Source: Octopus vulgaris (Eukaryota). Taken from it: 64,000 nucleotides of DNA. The notes beneath the pieces were generated by a model. That model was given only the letters and a program-made list of their open reading frames with translations, did not search any database and was not told the origin of the DNA. The stretch is from contig OX597816.1 in NCBI GenBank assembly GCA_951406725.2, positions 59,396,001 through 59,460,000 of the forward strand, written 5' to 3'. Both the position numbers and the translations under genes were made by a program. Numbering within the stretch: the first letter of the stretch is position 1; each line of letters starts with the position of its first letter. Of this stretch, positions 1-11,500 are shown in pieces.

Positions 1-382
1 TTCGGCACTGGATAGAGTTTTAATGCACAAACATTTATATACTTTAAGCTTGCAAATATACTACCTTCAAAATCATGGGCTAAAATACTCTATTGTAACA
101 ATCTGACATTTAGAGTTCCCTCAACTGTTCAACTACCTATCTAAATTAAAAGAAATATAAAAGAGACTTCTACTGAAACATTAAAAAAAACCCCTCCCAA
201 AACTCATTAGATGAACTCTTAACGATGCCTTATAAGTCAACTATTCAAGGATGATGCATTCAGAGGAGAACATCTGCTAGAAAACTCAATCATAGACCAC
301 CTTCCAGTCAAGAAGCAACAATAAAACCTAATTGAAAATACATTAAGGCGGTGCTCCAGAATGGCTGCAGTACTATCATTAC

Positions 383-725
383 TTCCTAAAAAATTTGTAG
401 GGAACTTCCTGGAAAGTTTCGAGGATTTTATAACTTCCTGGAAAATTGGTAGAAAACTTCCTGGAAAGTTCCAAGGATTATCTAACTTTCTGGAAAATTG
501 GCCGAAAACTTCCTGGAAATTTCTGAGGATTATCCAACTTCCTGGAAAATTGGTCGAAAACTTCATGGAAAGTTCCGAGGATCTCATGGAAAGTCCCAAT
601 GATCTTCTAATTTCCTGGAAAGTTCCAAGGATGTCCTAACTTCCTGGAATATTGGTAGAAAACTTCCTGGAAAGCTCCGTGGATTTAGTGGAAAGTTCCA
701 AGGCTTTCCTAACTTCCTGGAAAAT
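383..725. repeat. Minisatellite of ~52-bp (29+23) units built on AACTTCCTGGAAA
   Basis: TTCCTGGAA at about 406, 435, 458, 510, 539, 612, 641, 664 and 714. Confidence 0.85.
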
Positions 726-759
726 TTTCCATGAAATTTGACCCCAGTCAAATCGTCCA

Positions 760-1338
760 ACCTATGTATGTAACTTACTGGTAAAGCATGGTCACTTTCA
801 TAGTGTTCATTATGTATATGGTAAAGGAAAAACGGGAGATGGAAGATACGAGAGTTTTTATTAATCACGACAATTGTTTTGACACATCTAGTATCAAATG
901 AGAAGATACATTGCAGAACTGTTATTTTAACGAGTTACATCTATTTATCATCTGAAGAGACACATTTACACTGCCAGACTCTCCTGAACCAGTTGAGTGT
1001 TCCACTCTTGAGGGGGTCAATGCTAGATGTGTCAAAACAATTGTCAAGATTAATAATAAAAATTCTCGGATATTTCATCTTCCTTCTTTCATCTACCATA
1101 TATATATATATTAGGGGAAAACCACTATGTGGACACCCTTATGCTAGAAGTAGGTCTGCTATGGTCTTACCACTAAGAAATGTCCTCAAGAAAAATTTAG
1201 CAAAACAACCAAAATGTAATTGAGCAAGACAAAAGAAAAAGCAAATTTTACTGAACCTTCAGTTTTTTTATATGCTAGATCACTGGTGTGAAATCGATGT
1301 TAATTAAATTAATATCTAATTTCTCACCCTTGTTTTAA

Positions 1339-1342
<4 letters not shown>
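760..1342 (+). mobile_element. PLE pseudo-LTR remnant with inverted partial copy, ending at (TA)n
   Basis: About 760-891 is an inverted copy of about 1023-1160, with a perfect 22-mer acaattgttttgacacatctag / ctagatgtgtcaaaacaattgt. Contains a hammerhead-like motif. The tail atatctaatttctcaccct resembles the minus-strand tail at about 37185-37210. Confidence 0.6.
947..1050 (+). ncRNA. Hammerhead-like motif with long stem II insert (degenerate)
   Basis: AUCAU-CUGAAGA-GACACAUUUA...UAGAUGUGUC-AAAAC-AAUU-GUC-AAGAU. G12 is replaced by A. The inverted copy reads GUC-GUGAU, which would restore stem I. Confidence 0.55.
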
Positions 1343-1394
<52 letters not shown>

Positions 1395-1395
<1 letters not shown>

Positions 1396-1592
1396 TAATC
1401 CAAACATGAAAACACAAAGAGAAAACACAACAACGTGAGGGCGTGGAACAAATATAGTATTATTGGATGCTCAGAGAAGAAGGAGGGTTTAACGTTTCGA
1501 GCGGAGCTCTTCGCCGGAAACATAGGAGAAGGAAAGATCCAGAGAAGGGAAGACAGAGGAAAAAAAATTGCCAACGGTACACACGCAGTCAC
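1395..1592 (-). mobile_element. Short PLE-like tail repeat with variant hammerhead motif (1487-1521)
   Basis: Minus strand GUUU-CCGGCGAA-GAGC-UCC-GCUC-GAAAC-GUU-AAAC. Adjacent to (TA)n. Homologous to 30670-30880. Confidence 0.55.
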
Positions 1593-2416
1593 ATATATAT
1601 AGTCACAATGCAGATATTCCAACCTCTTATAGAGATATTTATCCAAGATACACTGGTTTAATATATATTAAATTTTGAAGAGATAATTCTTCAATGAATG
1701 TATTATATAAAATATCGTAAGATATCAAACATTTTTATCAAGTTAGAAAACAAAGAGATCTCTATTTTCTAATTCGATATACATACATACATACACACAT
1801 ACATATATATGTATATATATCTGTATGTGTGTGTGTGTCTATCTCTCAGTATTGCTTGACAATCAGTGTTGGTGTGTTTATGTTCCCATAACTTAGCAGT
1901 TCAGTGAAAGAAACTGATAGAATAAGTCCCAGGTTTAACAAAAAATTAAGTACTGGGTTTGATTCATTTGACTAAAAATTCCTTCAAGGCTGTGCTCCAG
2001 CATGGCCGTGGTCTAATGACTGAAACAAGGAAAAGATAAAAGATATTTTTATAATTAAATATTACTAGACATAAGTTTCATTAACTACAAAATATAAATA
2101 TCCACTCTAGCACACCTGAAACACACCTGTTATAACTCTTTATCATGATTTGAATGTACGTGAAGGTATTTAGAATGGCCAAACTTATTTCTGCAAATGT
2201 GCTAAACACTGATGTTGATCATAGTTTAATCAATAGGCGTAGGAGCAAGGTAAATGCAATAAAAATAGTGGGGCGGGGTTAGTGGGGCCCCATTTAAGCG
2301 GCCCTTCAGAAATTGAACCTCCTTACAATACTTCCTGGTAGTTCATGGTATGAAATCCATTGTCATTGCTCCGATTTGGTCGCCAATGCCATGTATAATA
2401 ATAATAATAATAATAA

Positions 2417-2880
2417 TATCTGTCAAGACCTACCAAAAACTGAGCAAATATAAAGATCTTGAAATAGAAATCAGCAAAATGTGGAACCTGAAAACTAAAA
2501 CAATACCTGTTGTCATAGGTGCCCTGGGAAATACCTGTTGTCATAGGTGCCCTGGGAATGATAGCAAAAGGGGCTGATTGCTACCCAACTCAGATACCAG
2601 GAAACCCAAAAAATGGCAGAAATTCAAAAGAGAGTGCTCATGGGAACTGCTCATATCCTATGCAAAATACTTTCTATGTAATCTCAGTGTTTAAAACAAA
2701 CATAATTGTTGTTCTTTTTTTGTTTTTTTTTGTACAACACCAAAAAAAAAACAAACAAAAAACAAATATATGGCACACTAGGCATAACAACAACATGAAC
2801 TTCCAACCTGTTGTCTCTTGAGGTCTCTGGGTGAGACTTGGAGCCAACTTCTACAAATATAAAGCAAAAGTCAAACATAG
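2417..2880 (+). mobile_element. 5'-truncated R4/Dong-clade non-LTR retrotransposon (RLE C-terminus and 3' UTR) in (TAA)n
   Basis: Translates KLSKYKDLEIEISKMWNLKTKTIPVVIGALG and (frameshifted) IQKRVLMGTAHIL. Flanked by (TAA)n on both sides. Internal direct duplication of aatacctgttgtcataggtgccctgggaa. Confidence 0.8.
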
Positions 2881-2899
2881 AATAATAATAATATAATAA

Positions 2900-3335
2900 T
2901 GAAATTATTGTATAGTGCTCAGTTGCACCACAACTTGTCAAAAGTGTGTATAAAGTATATGCAGTAATGTACAAATATCTGGAAAGTGAACAGTGTATGA
3001 GTCAGATACATGCTTGCGTGTGTATGGAGGGGAGAAAATCAGGTGTAGTGTTGGCGAATCTCAGGAAGCATGGAAGTTTTGAAGGATGCAGTGCTCCGAC
3101 AACTAACAACTGATGCTGGCAGTTTGTTGCATGCTTCAGCAACTCTTAGCATGAAAAAATGTTTCCGAAACCCATGGGAGCTGTGCTGTTTTCTGACTTT
3201 GTAAACATGTCCATGGGTGTTAGATGGGTGGAGTTTGGAAAGGTGCTCAAAGTTATTGTTTGTAAGATGGTTAATAATTTTATGGGTGTCTGCCAAGTCA
3301 GCTGCCAGACGTCAGAGTTTCAATGTATTTAGTTT
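2900..3335 (-). mobile_element. CR1-group LINE 3' end
   Basis: ORF 3039-3296 reads THGHVYKVRKQ...RKHFFMLRVAEACNKLPASVV...FK, matching the CR1 ORF2 C-terminal TRGH..K...R..FF..RV...WN.LP..VV....FK pattern. Confidence 0.8.
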
Positions 3336-3681
3336 ACAATGCAGTAAAAGTAAGGGAATCAGTGGGACCCTAATTAGCTGGTGCTTAAAAATATAGACCC
3401 CTTTAGGGTATTCCCTGGGATTAGGGAAGTTGCTGGTTTGAGTTTCGTTGTCCTTGCACCAACAGTCTAGGAGGAGTTAATGAACATAAAAACATTAACA
3501 GACAGAGAAGCATCAGTCCAAGTCACAACAGGATTAGGAATTGTATAAAAAAAGTTGTTAAAATGTTTTGTGTATTGTAGAAGTATAAACGGTTTACTGG
3601 TCATAAATTATAACAACAAAATTTTATGTGGCCCCCACCCAAGGGTCATGTGGACTCTGGTTGAGAATCTTTGACCTAAAC

Positions 3682-4200
3682 CAGTGGTTCCCAAAGTGTG
3701 TGGTGTTGCCCCCATCCAGGAGTCAGCAGAAAATTCCAAGGGGGCGTTGAAGAAAAGTGGGGCAATAATGGTGTATCGATTCATATAAAAAGTAGGGTGA
3801 TAATGGGGTAGCGATTCATGTAAAAAGTGGGGTGATAATACGGTGGTGATTCATGTAAAATGTGGGGTGATAATGGGGTGGTGATTCATGTAAAAAGTGG
3901 GGTGATAATGGGGTGGCGATTCATGTAAAAAGTGGGGTGATAATGGGGTAGCGATTCATATAAAAAGTGGAGCGATAATGGGGTGGTGATTCATGTAAGA
4001 AGTGGGTGATAATGGGGTGGCGATTATTGTAAAAAGTGGGTGATAATGGGGTTGCGATTCATGTGAAAACAACAAAATAATGGGTTCATTAGGTTAAGTT
4101 TTATTTGTGAAATACAGTTGGTTTGAATTTGCTTCAGAAAGAGGTCTATGTTTGTGATGGTTAGTTGGGTATGGGGGCGCTAGGAATGTGGCCTGGGTGT
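3682..4200 (+). mobile_element. hAT-type MITE with internal minisatellite expansion
   Basis: Begins cagtggttcccaaagtg. The segment 4058-4169 is almost identical to the reverse complement of the MITE at 41595-41822. Confidence 0.75.
3752..4065. repeat. 35-bp G-rich minisatellite, 9 units
   Basis: Consensus aaaaagtggggtgataatggggtggcgattcatgt. Confidence 0.92.
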
Positions 4201-4202
4201 CA

Positions 4203-4559
4203 AGTGGTTAGGGCAGCGGACTCGCGATCAGAGGATCGCGGTTTCGATTCCCAGACCGGGCGTTGTGTGTGTTTATTGAGCTAAAACACCTAACGCTCAA
4301 CGAGGCTCCGGCAGGGGGTGGTGGCGACCCCTGCTGTACTCTTTCGCTCCAACTTTCTCTCACTCTTTCTTCCTGTTTCTTATCCCCGACTTCCTACGCA
4401 ACCACTGATCCTGGATGCACATTCATCCATCCGTCGATGCTCGGTGTCGGGAGTTGACCTGCTTTCTCTTCTGCAGGTCTTACGAATAGCAAAGGACTAC
4501 GTTTCGGACTTCTCCCACGAAGACCGCTTCGCTCAACAAACAAACAAACCAACAAACAA
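4203..4559 (+). mobile_element. tRNA-derived SINE (family D)
   Basis: A/B-box-like head (agtggttagggcagcggactc...ggtttcgattccc) and (aaac)n tail. Colinear with 25241-25624. Confidence 0.85.
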
Positions 4560-4765
4560 GCACTACCTTGAAGAATTTTGAACCGAATGAATGGATTCCA
4601 GCACTTTTGTTTTAAAGCCTGGTACTTCTATTGATCTCTTTTGTTTATGTGTTAATTCATCACAAAATTAGTTCAGAGATGCAAATAGAAAGATGGTGGA
4701 AAATGGGAGTTTTGGGGCTGAAGATTAATGAAAATTGGTTAATGGTTTTTTTTTTTTCATTGCAG

Positions 4766-4849
4766 CATTCAGACATGATGGACGAGATGAAGACTGAGAC
4801 GATGGAGCTTTGTGTTACGGCCTGTGAGAAGTTCTCCAATAACAATGAA
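4766..4849 (+). CDS. DNAL4: Dynein light chain 4, axonemal; internal coding exon
   Basis: Acceptor tttttcattgcag| and donor |gtatgg flank an 84-nt phase-0 exon encoding HSDMMDEMKTETMELCVTACEKFSNNNE, near-identical to vertebrate DNAL4 HSDMPEEMRVETMELCVTACEKFSNNNE. The first coding exon was not found in the window. Confidence 0.95.
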
Positions 4850-5362
4850 GTATGGCTTCCCCCCACTTCTTCCTCTCTTTCACTCTTTCTCATCATCATC
4901 ATCTCTCTCTCTCTCTCTTTGTCATATTCCCATCATCATCATTATCACCATCAATTAATGTCTGTTTTATTTCTATGCTAGCATGTGTTGGACAGCTTGA
5001 CTGGAAACCAATGAGTTATGGGGCCACGTTGTGCTCCGGTGTCATCTTTGGCAGGGTTTCCTATGGCTGGATGCCTTTCCAAAATGCCAAGCACTTTAGA
5101 AAGTGGAGTGGATGTTCTTTCCATGCCACCAGCACCAGTAAGGTTGTAATGTAATCTTTCAGGACAGAAATGACCGACCAGGGAAAAGCTGCCACCACTA
5201 AGAGGGCAGTATCTGGAAGGGGAAGGTGCAGCTGGGTGGTAGGTGTTTTTTTCTCTTTGCATCATCCAAACTAAAGTATGTTGACATTTCTTGTTTTTAC
5301 AAATGATACGTCGATGTTCCCTATTTTAGCCTCACTGCAACAAATTATATATATATATATAA

Positions 5363-5680
5363 TCATCATCATCATCATCATCGTTTAACACTCGTTTTCC
5401 ATGCAGGCATGAGTTGGACGGTTTGACTGGGGTCTGGCAAGCCAGGAGGCCTCACCAGACTACAATCTGATCTGGCAATGTTTCTACAGCTGGATGTCCT
5501 TCCTAATAATGCCAACCACTCCGAGAGTGTAGTGGGTGCTTTTTATGTGCCATTGGAACAGGAGCCAGTCTGGGGGTACTGGCATCAGTCACAATCAGTT
5601 GGTGCTTTTGCATGCCCATTGGCATGGGAGCTAGCCAGGGGCACTGGCCTGAGCTACAATATTGGTTTTACTTGACAAAT
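5363..5680 (-). mobile_element. Dispersed repeat with (GAT)n tail (SINE or RTE-tail type)
   Basis: (cat)n-cgtttaac...ctacagctggatgtccttcctaa. Related copies at 11238-11500, about 11850-12030 (+), about 9335-9440 (+) and about 4970-5150. Confidence 0.65.
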
Positions 5681-5986
5681 ATTTATATATATATATATAT
5701 GTATGTATATACATGGTGGACTCTCCTGTCGAAGATGACATATGAGCATTCATCTTTTGCCGAACGATCTGCACAAATGATTTGTTTCAAGTGATCAAGT
5801 GTATGTGCTGTACATTAGCTCGCTTCTTCCACAAAGTCGATGTTGTCTGACCAGGTGCACAGTGTGCCACGTGTCAGGTGTCAAAGTGATCACATAGCAA
5901 CATGAGATGAAGTGTTTTGCTCAAGAACACAACACACCACCTGGTCTAGGAATTGAACACACACACACATATTGAATATATATATT

Positions 5987-6515
5987 CTTTTCTACTCTAG
6001 GCACAAGGCCTGAAATTTTTGGGAAGGGAGCCAATCGATTTAGTTCGATCCTAGTACGCAACTGGTACTTAATTTATCGACCCCGAAAGGATGAAAGGCA
6101 AAGTTGACCTCAGAACATGAAGACAGACGAAATACCACTAAACATTTTGCCCCGCGTACTAACATTTCTGCCAGCTCGCCATCTTAAATGATTTAAAATT
6201 TTTGCCACAAGGACAGCTTGTGTGTCTCCTTGTCGATTGCATTGACCCTGGTGCGTAACTGGTACTTATTTAATCGACCCCAAAAGGATAAAAGGCAAAG
6301 TCAACCTAGGCGGAACTTGAACTCAGAACGTAAAGACAAACGAAATACCTATTTCTTTACTACCCACAAGGGGCTAAACACAGAGAGGACAAACAAGGAC
6401 AGACAAACGGATTAAGTTGATTATATTTGAATTTGAACTCAGAACGTAGCGGCAGATGAAATACCGCTAAGCATTTCACGCGACGTGCTAACAATTCTGC
6501 CAGCTCGCTGCCTTA
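5987..6515 (-). mobile_element. Cluster of tRNA-SINE family B copies, including the dimeric form
   Basis: Reverse complements of ggcgagctggcagaa...gagttcaaatt...gtcgactttgcctttcatcctttcggggtcgat. Confidence 0.8.
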
Positions 6516-6789
6516 TTGAATATATATATTGATAGGTGAATGATTAATTTACTGCAGTCATATAATTAAAGATAAAAAAAAAAGAAAAAAGATTAAAAAT
6601 ACTTATATTCTTTGTGTGGGTTATCAGATAATGCTGTCATGATTGGTTTAATGCTGTCACTTTTCCTGATCTGGTGAAAGATAAATAAGAGAAATTTACT
6701 ACAAAAACCCTTGAAATTTCGAATATATCCCGATTACAGTTTAGAATGAGTTTAGTGAGGGAGGTTTTTTTTCTTTTTCTTTTTAACTA

Positions 6790-8034
6790 CAAGGGGCGTT
6801 CAATAAGTAATGCCCCTGACCCACTTCCCATAGCAGTAGAGCAACGAAACTTGGCACAGTTATTAGTCTTTTTCTACATAGGAACCACCCAGAGTTACGC
6901 ATTATTCCCATCGTTTGATGTAGCTCTGGAGACCGTTTTTGTAGAAGACTCCAGCTTGGTTCTCCAACCACGACATGACTTCAGAAATCAAGGCTGCATC
7001 ATCTGGGAAACGCTTTCCTTTCAAAATCAACTTCATGGCTGGGAAGAGGTGAAAATCAGAGGGTGCAAGGTCAGGAGAGTAGGGGGGATGGGAGAGGAGT
7101 TCATAGCTGCACGCCTGTGCTTCTGATCTGGCGACACGCGAGTTGTGGACGGGAGCGTTGTCCTGCAGGAGGAGGATGCCTTTGCTGATCTTGCTCCGCC
7201 TCTTGATTTTGATAGCTTCTCTTAATTTCCTCAAAAGTGAAGCATAATAAGCTTCTGTAATTGTGGCACCCTTGGGCATGACCTTGCCAGCGGAGGGCTG
7301 CACCCTTGCCTTCTTTGGAGGAGGTGAGTCATGGTGCTTCCACTGCATTGACTGGGCTTTGGTCTCTGGATCATAGAGATGGACCCAGGTTTCATCCTGT
7401 GTAATTAGTCTTTTGAAAAATCTTGACTCATCTTCTTGGCACATCTCCAAATTCATCCTTGAGCACTCGACACGTTCTTGCTTCTGGAAAGGTGTGAGCA
7501 ACCTGGGAATCCATCTGGCAGACACCTCTTGCATATGCAAATGGTCATGAATGATAGTTTCCACAGACCCGGTACTAATCTTGACCTCATGGGCTATTTG
7601 GCGAATAGTTGTGCGTCGATCTTCCAAAATGGCAGCCTCAACTCGACAGACAGATGCCTCATCAATGGCAGAAGGGGGACGACCAGATCTGGGAGCTGTT
7701 TCAACAGAGTTCTGACCATGTTTGAATTCACGATGCCAGCGTTTTACAAGGTCATATGATGGGGCATCATTACCATAAGTTACTTTCATTTCATCAAAAG
7801 TCTCCCGTGGTGTGTGTCCTTTCAAATACAAAAACCGGATCACTGCTCGACACTCAACAGGCTCCATTTCACACTTGACTCAGTTCAAACACCTGTAAAT
7901 CAGACACCACAATTGGTTCAGAGCTGTAATTAGCCACTTAATCTATAGAGATATAAATAATTGCACATGCAAAATTTCAGCTAGATCAAACAACTTCAAG
8001 TGGGTCAGGGGCATTACTTATTGAACGTCCCTCG
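6790..8034 (-). mobile_element. Mariner (DD34D) transposon within the DNAL4 intron
   Basis: 37-bp TIRs caaggggcgttcaataagtaatgcccctgacccactt / aagtgggtcaggggcattacttattgaacgtccctcg, with TA on both sides. Confidence 0.95.
6902..7867 (-). pseudogene. Mariner transposase, nearly intact
   Basis: HTH, WIPRLL, TQDETW, QDNAPVH and YSPDLAPSD motifs. In-frame deletion after GKVM (the usual xxVFWD..G segment is missing) and a premature stop before CVTLGGSYVEKD. Confidence 0.92.
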
Positions 8035-9721
8035 TATTTGTTTTGCGTTGGTCATCAACAACCAAAATTCGGCCCCTGAAAATCTTCGACAATTTTAATC
8101 ATTTCTTTTATATTCTCATAATTCAGGATTTTTTAGAACAAGAAATTATGCTTAAAATCTTATCAAATTCTCACCTCGAAATTTTCTCATGCAAAAGACT
8201 TTAATTTTTACTTATGGTAAGAGTTACCTCCCATGTTCCATTTTGCATAAAAGAACAACGGAAAAAGAAATTTTGGGGATTAAGATAAAATATGATAAAT
8301 AATATAGAGCAGAACATATGATTGAATTTATTTTTGTATAAGAACATAAGCTTGGTGTTGCTCTAAGCTATTTTTATTCAAAATTTATAGAGAGAAATGG
8401 AATTTTAAACAAAATGAAGAATTCTAAGTTACATTCCAGAACGTGTCATTTAAATTCTCTGCAGTTATGGAACACACATACACTCAAGGTAGAGTGTGTG
8501 TGTGTGTACGTGAATGTATGTGTGTTTAAGTTTGTGTGTCTCCTTTTCGTGACATCATGCAATAGTTATAAACGAGCATATCTGTCATACAAGCGGTGCC
8601 CGTTATTTCTAGTCTTCCGTGGAAAACATGCCCAGCCATGAAAAGTGAGAGTATGTTATCTTGCGTAGAAGCAGATGGCGGTTGAAACGATAGGAAGGAG
8701 GGACAATCCGCAGCAGAAAAACCGGCCTCAACGTTTCCTCATGATCCATGCAAGAATGGTAAAGTGGACGTTAAACTGATGTATAAAATACATTTATGCT
8801 ATCAACTCCATTTGTAGTGTGTGTATTTACTCTTAACGAACAGAAACTGTCTACTAAGGATCCACCTAAGCATTCAAGAAAATCTCTCTCTCCCTCTCCA
8901 CACACATACACACAACTGGCATCTGTATAAGCTGGAATATTCAGAAAAAGAAACTAACTCACGCATTTCAAATCCAATCTGTAAATGGAACAGTAAAACT
9001 CTGGAAGACTTTTCTCGAGTTTAACATGTGACATTGCTCTTTTCGTATACATTCCAACGATGAAGCTTTGTATCTTTGGTAGAAAAAAAAAAGAAAAGAA
9101 ACAACAGTTCCTTACTCGGAGGAGGAAGAATTTAAATAATTTAAAAGAGAACAGAACATACATACGGATAAGTGTGTGTCTCCTTGTCTTGACAATTACT
9201 AGATAAATGTAAATGGTTGTCACCATCTTACAAGCAATGTCATTCATTTCTGATATTCTCTTAAAACATGTCTGGCCGTGTGGTGGAGGGGGGGGAGGAG
9301 GAAAATTTTACCTTGATAAGAAACAAACAAAGGGTTGGCAACAGGAAGGACATCCAGCTGTAGAAAATCTGCCACAATAAACTCTGTCTGATTTATGCAA
9401 GCCTGCAAAATTGGATGTTAAAACAATGATGATGATGATATATACTCTAAAGATAAGATTGTGTATATATTATGAACATGTATACCCACTGGATGGAATG
9501 CTTAGTGGTATTTCGCCTGTCGCTATATTCTGAGTTCGTCTTTGACTTTCATACTTTCGGGCTCGATAAATTAACTACCAGTTGTGTACTGAGGTCGATT
9601 TAATCGACTGGCACCCTCCCCCAAAATTTTGGGCCTTGTGCCTTAAAGTAGAAAAGAATACTTACAGTTGTCTCCCCTTCATTGAGTCCCTCTTTTCTCT
9701 CTCTTTTTTTTTTTTTTGCAG

Positions 9722-9886
9722 ACTGCTGCTAAAATGATTAAAGAAACGATGGACAAGAAATTTGGTGCTTCTTGGCATGCTGTGGTTGGTGAGGGTTATG
9801 GCTTTGAGATAACACATGAAGTAAAGAATTTATTGTACATGTTCTTTGGAGGAAATATTGCTATTGTCGTTTGGAAATGTTCATGA
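9722..9886 (+). CDS. DNAL4: Dynein light chain 4, axonemal; last coding exon
   Basis: Polypyrimidine tract and gcag| acceptor, then TAAKMIKETMDKKFGASWHAVVGEGYGFEITHEVKNLLYMFFGGNIAIVVWKCS-TGA. In frame with the previous exon and matching the DNAL4 C-terminus. Not in the ORF track (under 60 aa). Confidence 0.96.
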   Translation, partial: TAAKMIKETMDKKFGASWHAVVGEGYGFEITHEVKNLLYMFFGGNIAIVVWKCS

Positions 9887-10263
9887 ATAACAACGAATAT
9901 TTTTATTTTTAATTTTTTCACTTTTTCAAATTTTTATTTATTTATTATTATAATTATAATTTTCCTTTTATTTTTTCAAGATTTCTATATTTTTTTAAAG
10001 AATAATTTAATATTTCAGCTTTGGTAAATACGGCAAAAAATTGGGACCAAATTTTTTTTTTTTTTGGCTTTATATTAAAACGAATTTTTTTTTCTCTCTC
10101 TCTTTTTATAACAAAAATTTTATATTTTGAAATATTTTAGAATCCTGCCCAGAAAAACATGAAAAACAATCTATCATCTGTGGAGCATGTTAACAAAATT
10201 AGATTAAATTGTTATGGCACATTGTGCCACCATTTATTGTAATACCGTGTGTGTGTGTGTGCG

Positions 10264-10305
<42 letters not shown>

Positions 10306-10316
10306 TATAAAAATTC

Positions 10317-10322
10317 AATAAA
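10317..10322 (+). promoter_or_regulatory. Candidate polyadenylation signal for DNAL4
   Basis: AATAAA about 430 nt after the stop codon, following a T-rich 3' UTR. Alternatives are ATTAAA near 10074 and AATAAA near 10414. Confidence 0.3.
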
Positions 10323-10560
10323 GTCACTGCTGATTTATATAACATTTGTAATTGAGGGAATCTTGAACTACTAGAAATTGCAGCCAAATATTCTTCATGT
10401 CACACTGTCATCAAATAAAATATGATGGCCAAGGTTGGATTGCCTTTCATCTTAGGTTAGCTCAGTCATAGGTGACTGTGGTGAAACATTAGCAGCAACA
10501 ACAAAAACTACTACAACTACTACTACTAACACTTCATGATGTGTCTGAGTAACATGTTCC

Positions 10561-10897
10561 CTATGTTCTATATTTAAGAGATGAGGAATTATTTACATTT
10601 GACAGATATTTGTCCTCATCTTGTTCGTTGTTAATACAACGTTTCAGCTGATGTATCCTCCAGCCTTCATCAGGTGTCTTGGGGAAATTTCGAACCTGGG
10701 TTCTCATTCCTAAGGTAAATGTAGAGAATAGTAATAATAATAATAATAATAATAACAACAACATTGTAAAATACTTTAGGAATGAGAACCCAGGTTCGAA
10801 ATTTCCCCAAGACACCTGATGAAGGCTGGAGGGTATATCAACTGAAATATTAACAACAAACAAGGTAAGGATAAATATCTGTCAAATGTAAATAATT
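10561..10897 (-). mobile_element. PLE pseudo-LTR with inverted copy (10587-10717 / 10772-10897) around a (TAA)n spacer
   Basis: Inverted repeat of about 125 bp. Minus strand 10634-10677 reads ACAC-CUGAUGAA-GGCUG...CAGCU-GAAAC-GUU-GUAU, a hammerhead-like motif. Confidence 0.7.
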
Positions 10898-11237
10898 TGA
10901 ATAATATTCCCTATGTGTCTATTTTTCTGCTTGTCTGTCTGTTTGTCTTTGTGTGTACGTAAATAGGGTTAAAATCATGTTCCAGTATATTCCAGATTTG
11001 TGTGAGGTACGTGTAAGAGTTGAAAAACACTGGAAAATATTTTCTTTAATATCAAAACAGGAGACTGGAAAATGTTTTGGCATTATTTTATAAAGGTGAA
11101 AAAAAAAAAATTCCAATCACCTGTTTTGATATCCATCCATCTGTCTGCCCCTCCATTTGTACACACACACACACACACGTATACTAACAAATATATGTAT
11201 TTGTGTATCTACAAATGTATATATGTATGTATAATCA

Positions 11238-11500
11238 CCATCATCATCATCATCATCATCGTTTAACGTCTGTTTTCCATGCTGGCATGGGTTGGACGGT
11301 TTGACTGGGGACTGGCAAGCGAGGAGGCTGCACCAGGCCCCAATCTATAGTGTTTCTATAGCTGGATGCCCTTCCTAACGCCAACCACTCTGAGAGTGTA
11401 GTGGGTGCTTTTTACGTGCCACCGACATAGGAGTCAGTCAGGCGGCACTGGCATCGACCATATTCAGACAGTGCTTTTTACATGCTACCGGCACAGAAGG
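11238..11500 (-). mobile_element. Dispersed repeat with (GAT)n tail, same family as 5363-5680
   Basis: Colinear identity (cgtttaacgtc...gctggatgcccttcctaacgccaaccactc). Confidence 0.7.

Noticed and set aside
1395-1646. YKRL motif as the missing first DNAL4 exon
   Set aside because: It is on the wrong strand and lacks the FPLVR context and a donor site. The first exon probably lies upstream of the window.
383-4065. Regularly spaced repeats (383-725 and 3752-4065) as CRISPR arrays
   Set aside because: The intervening sequences are themselves repeated rather than unique spacers, the context is eukaryotic, and there are no cas genes.
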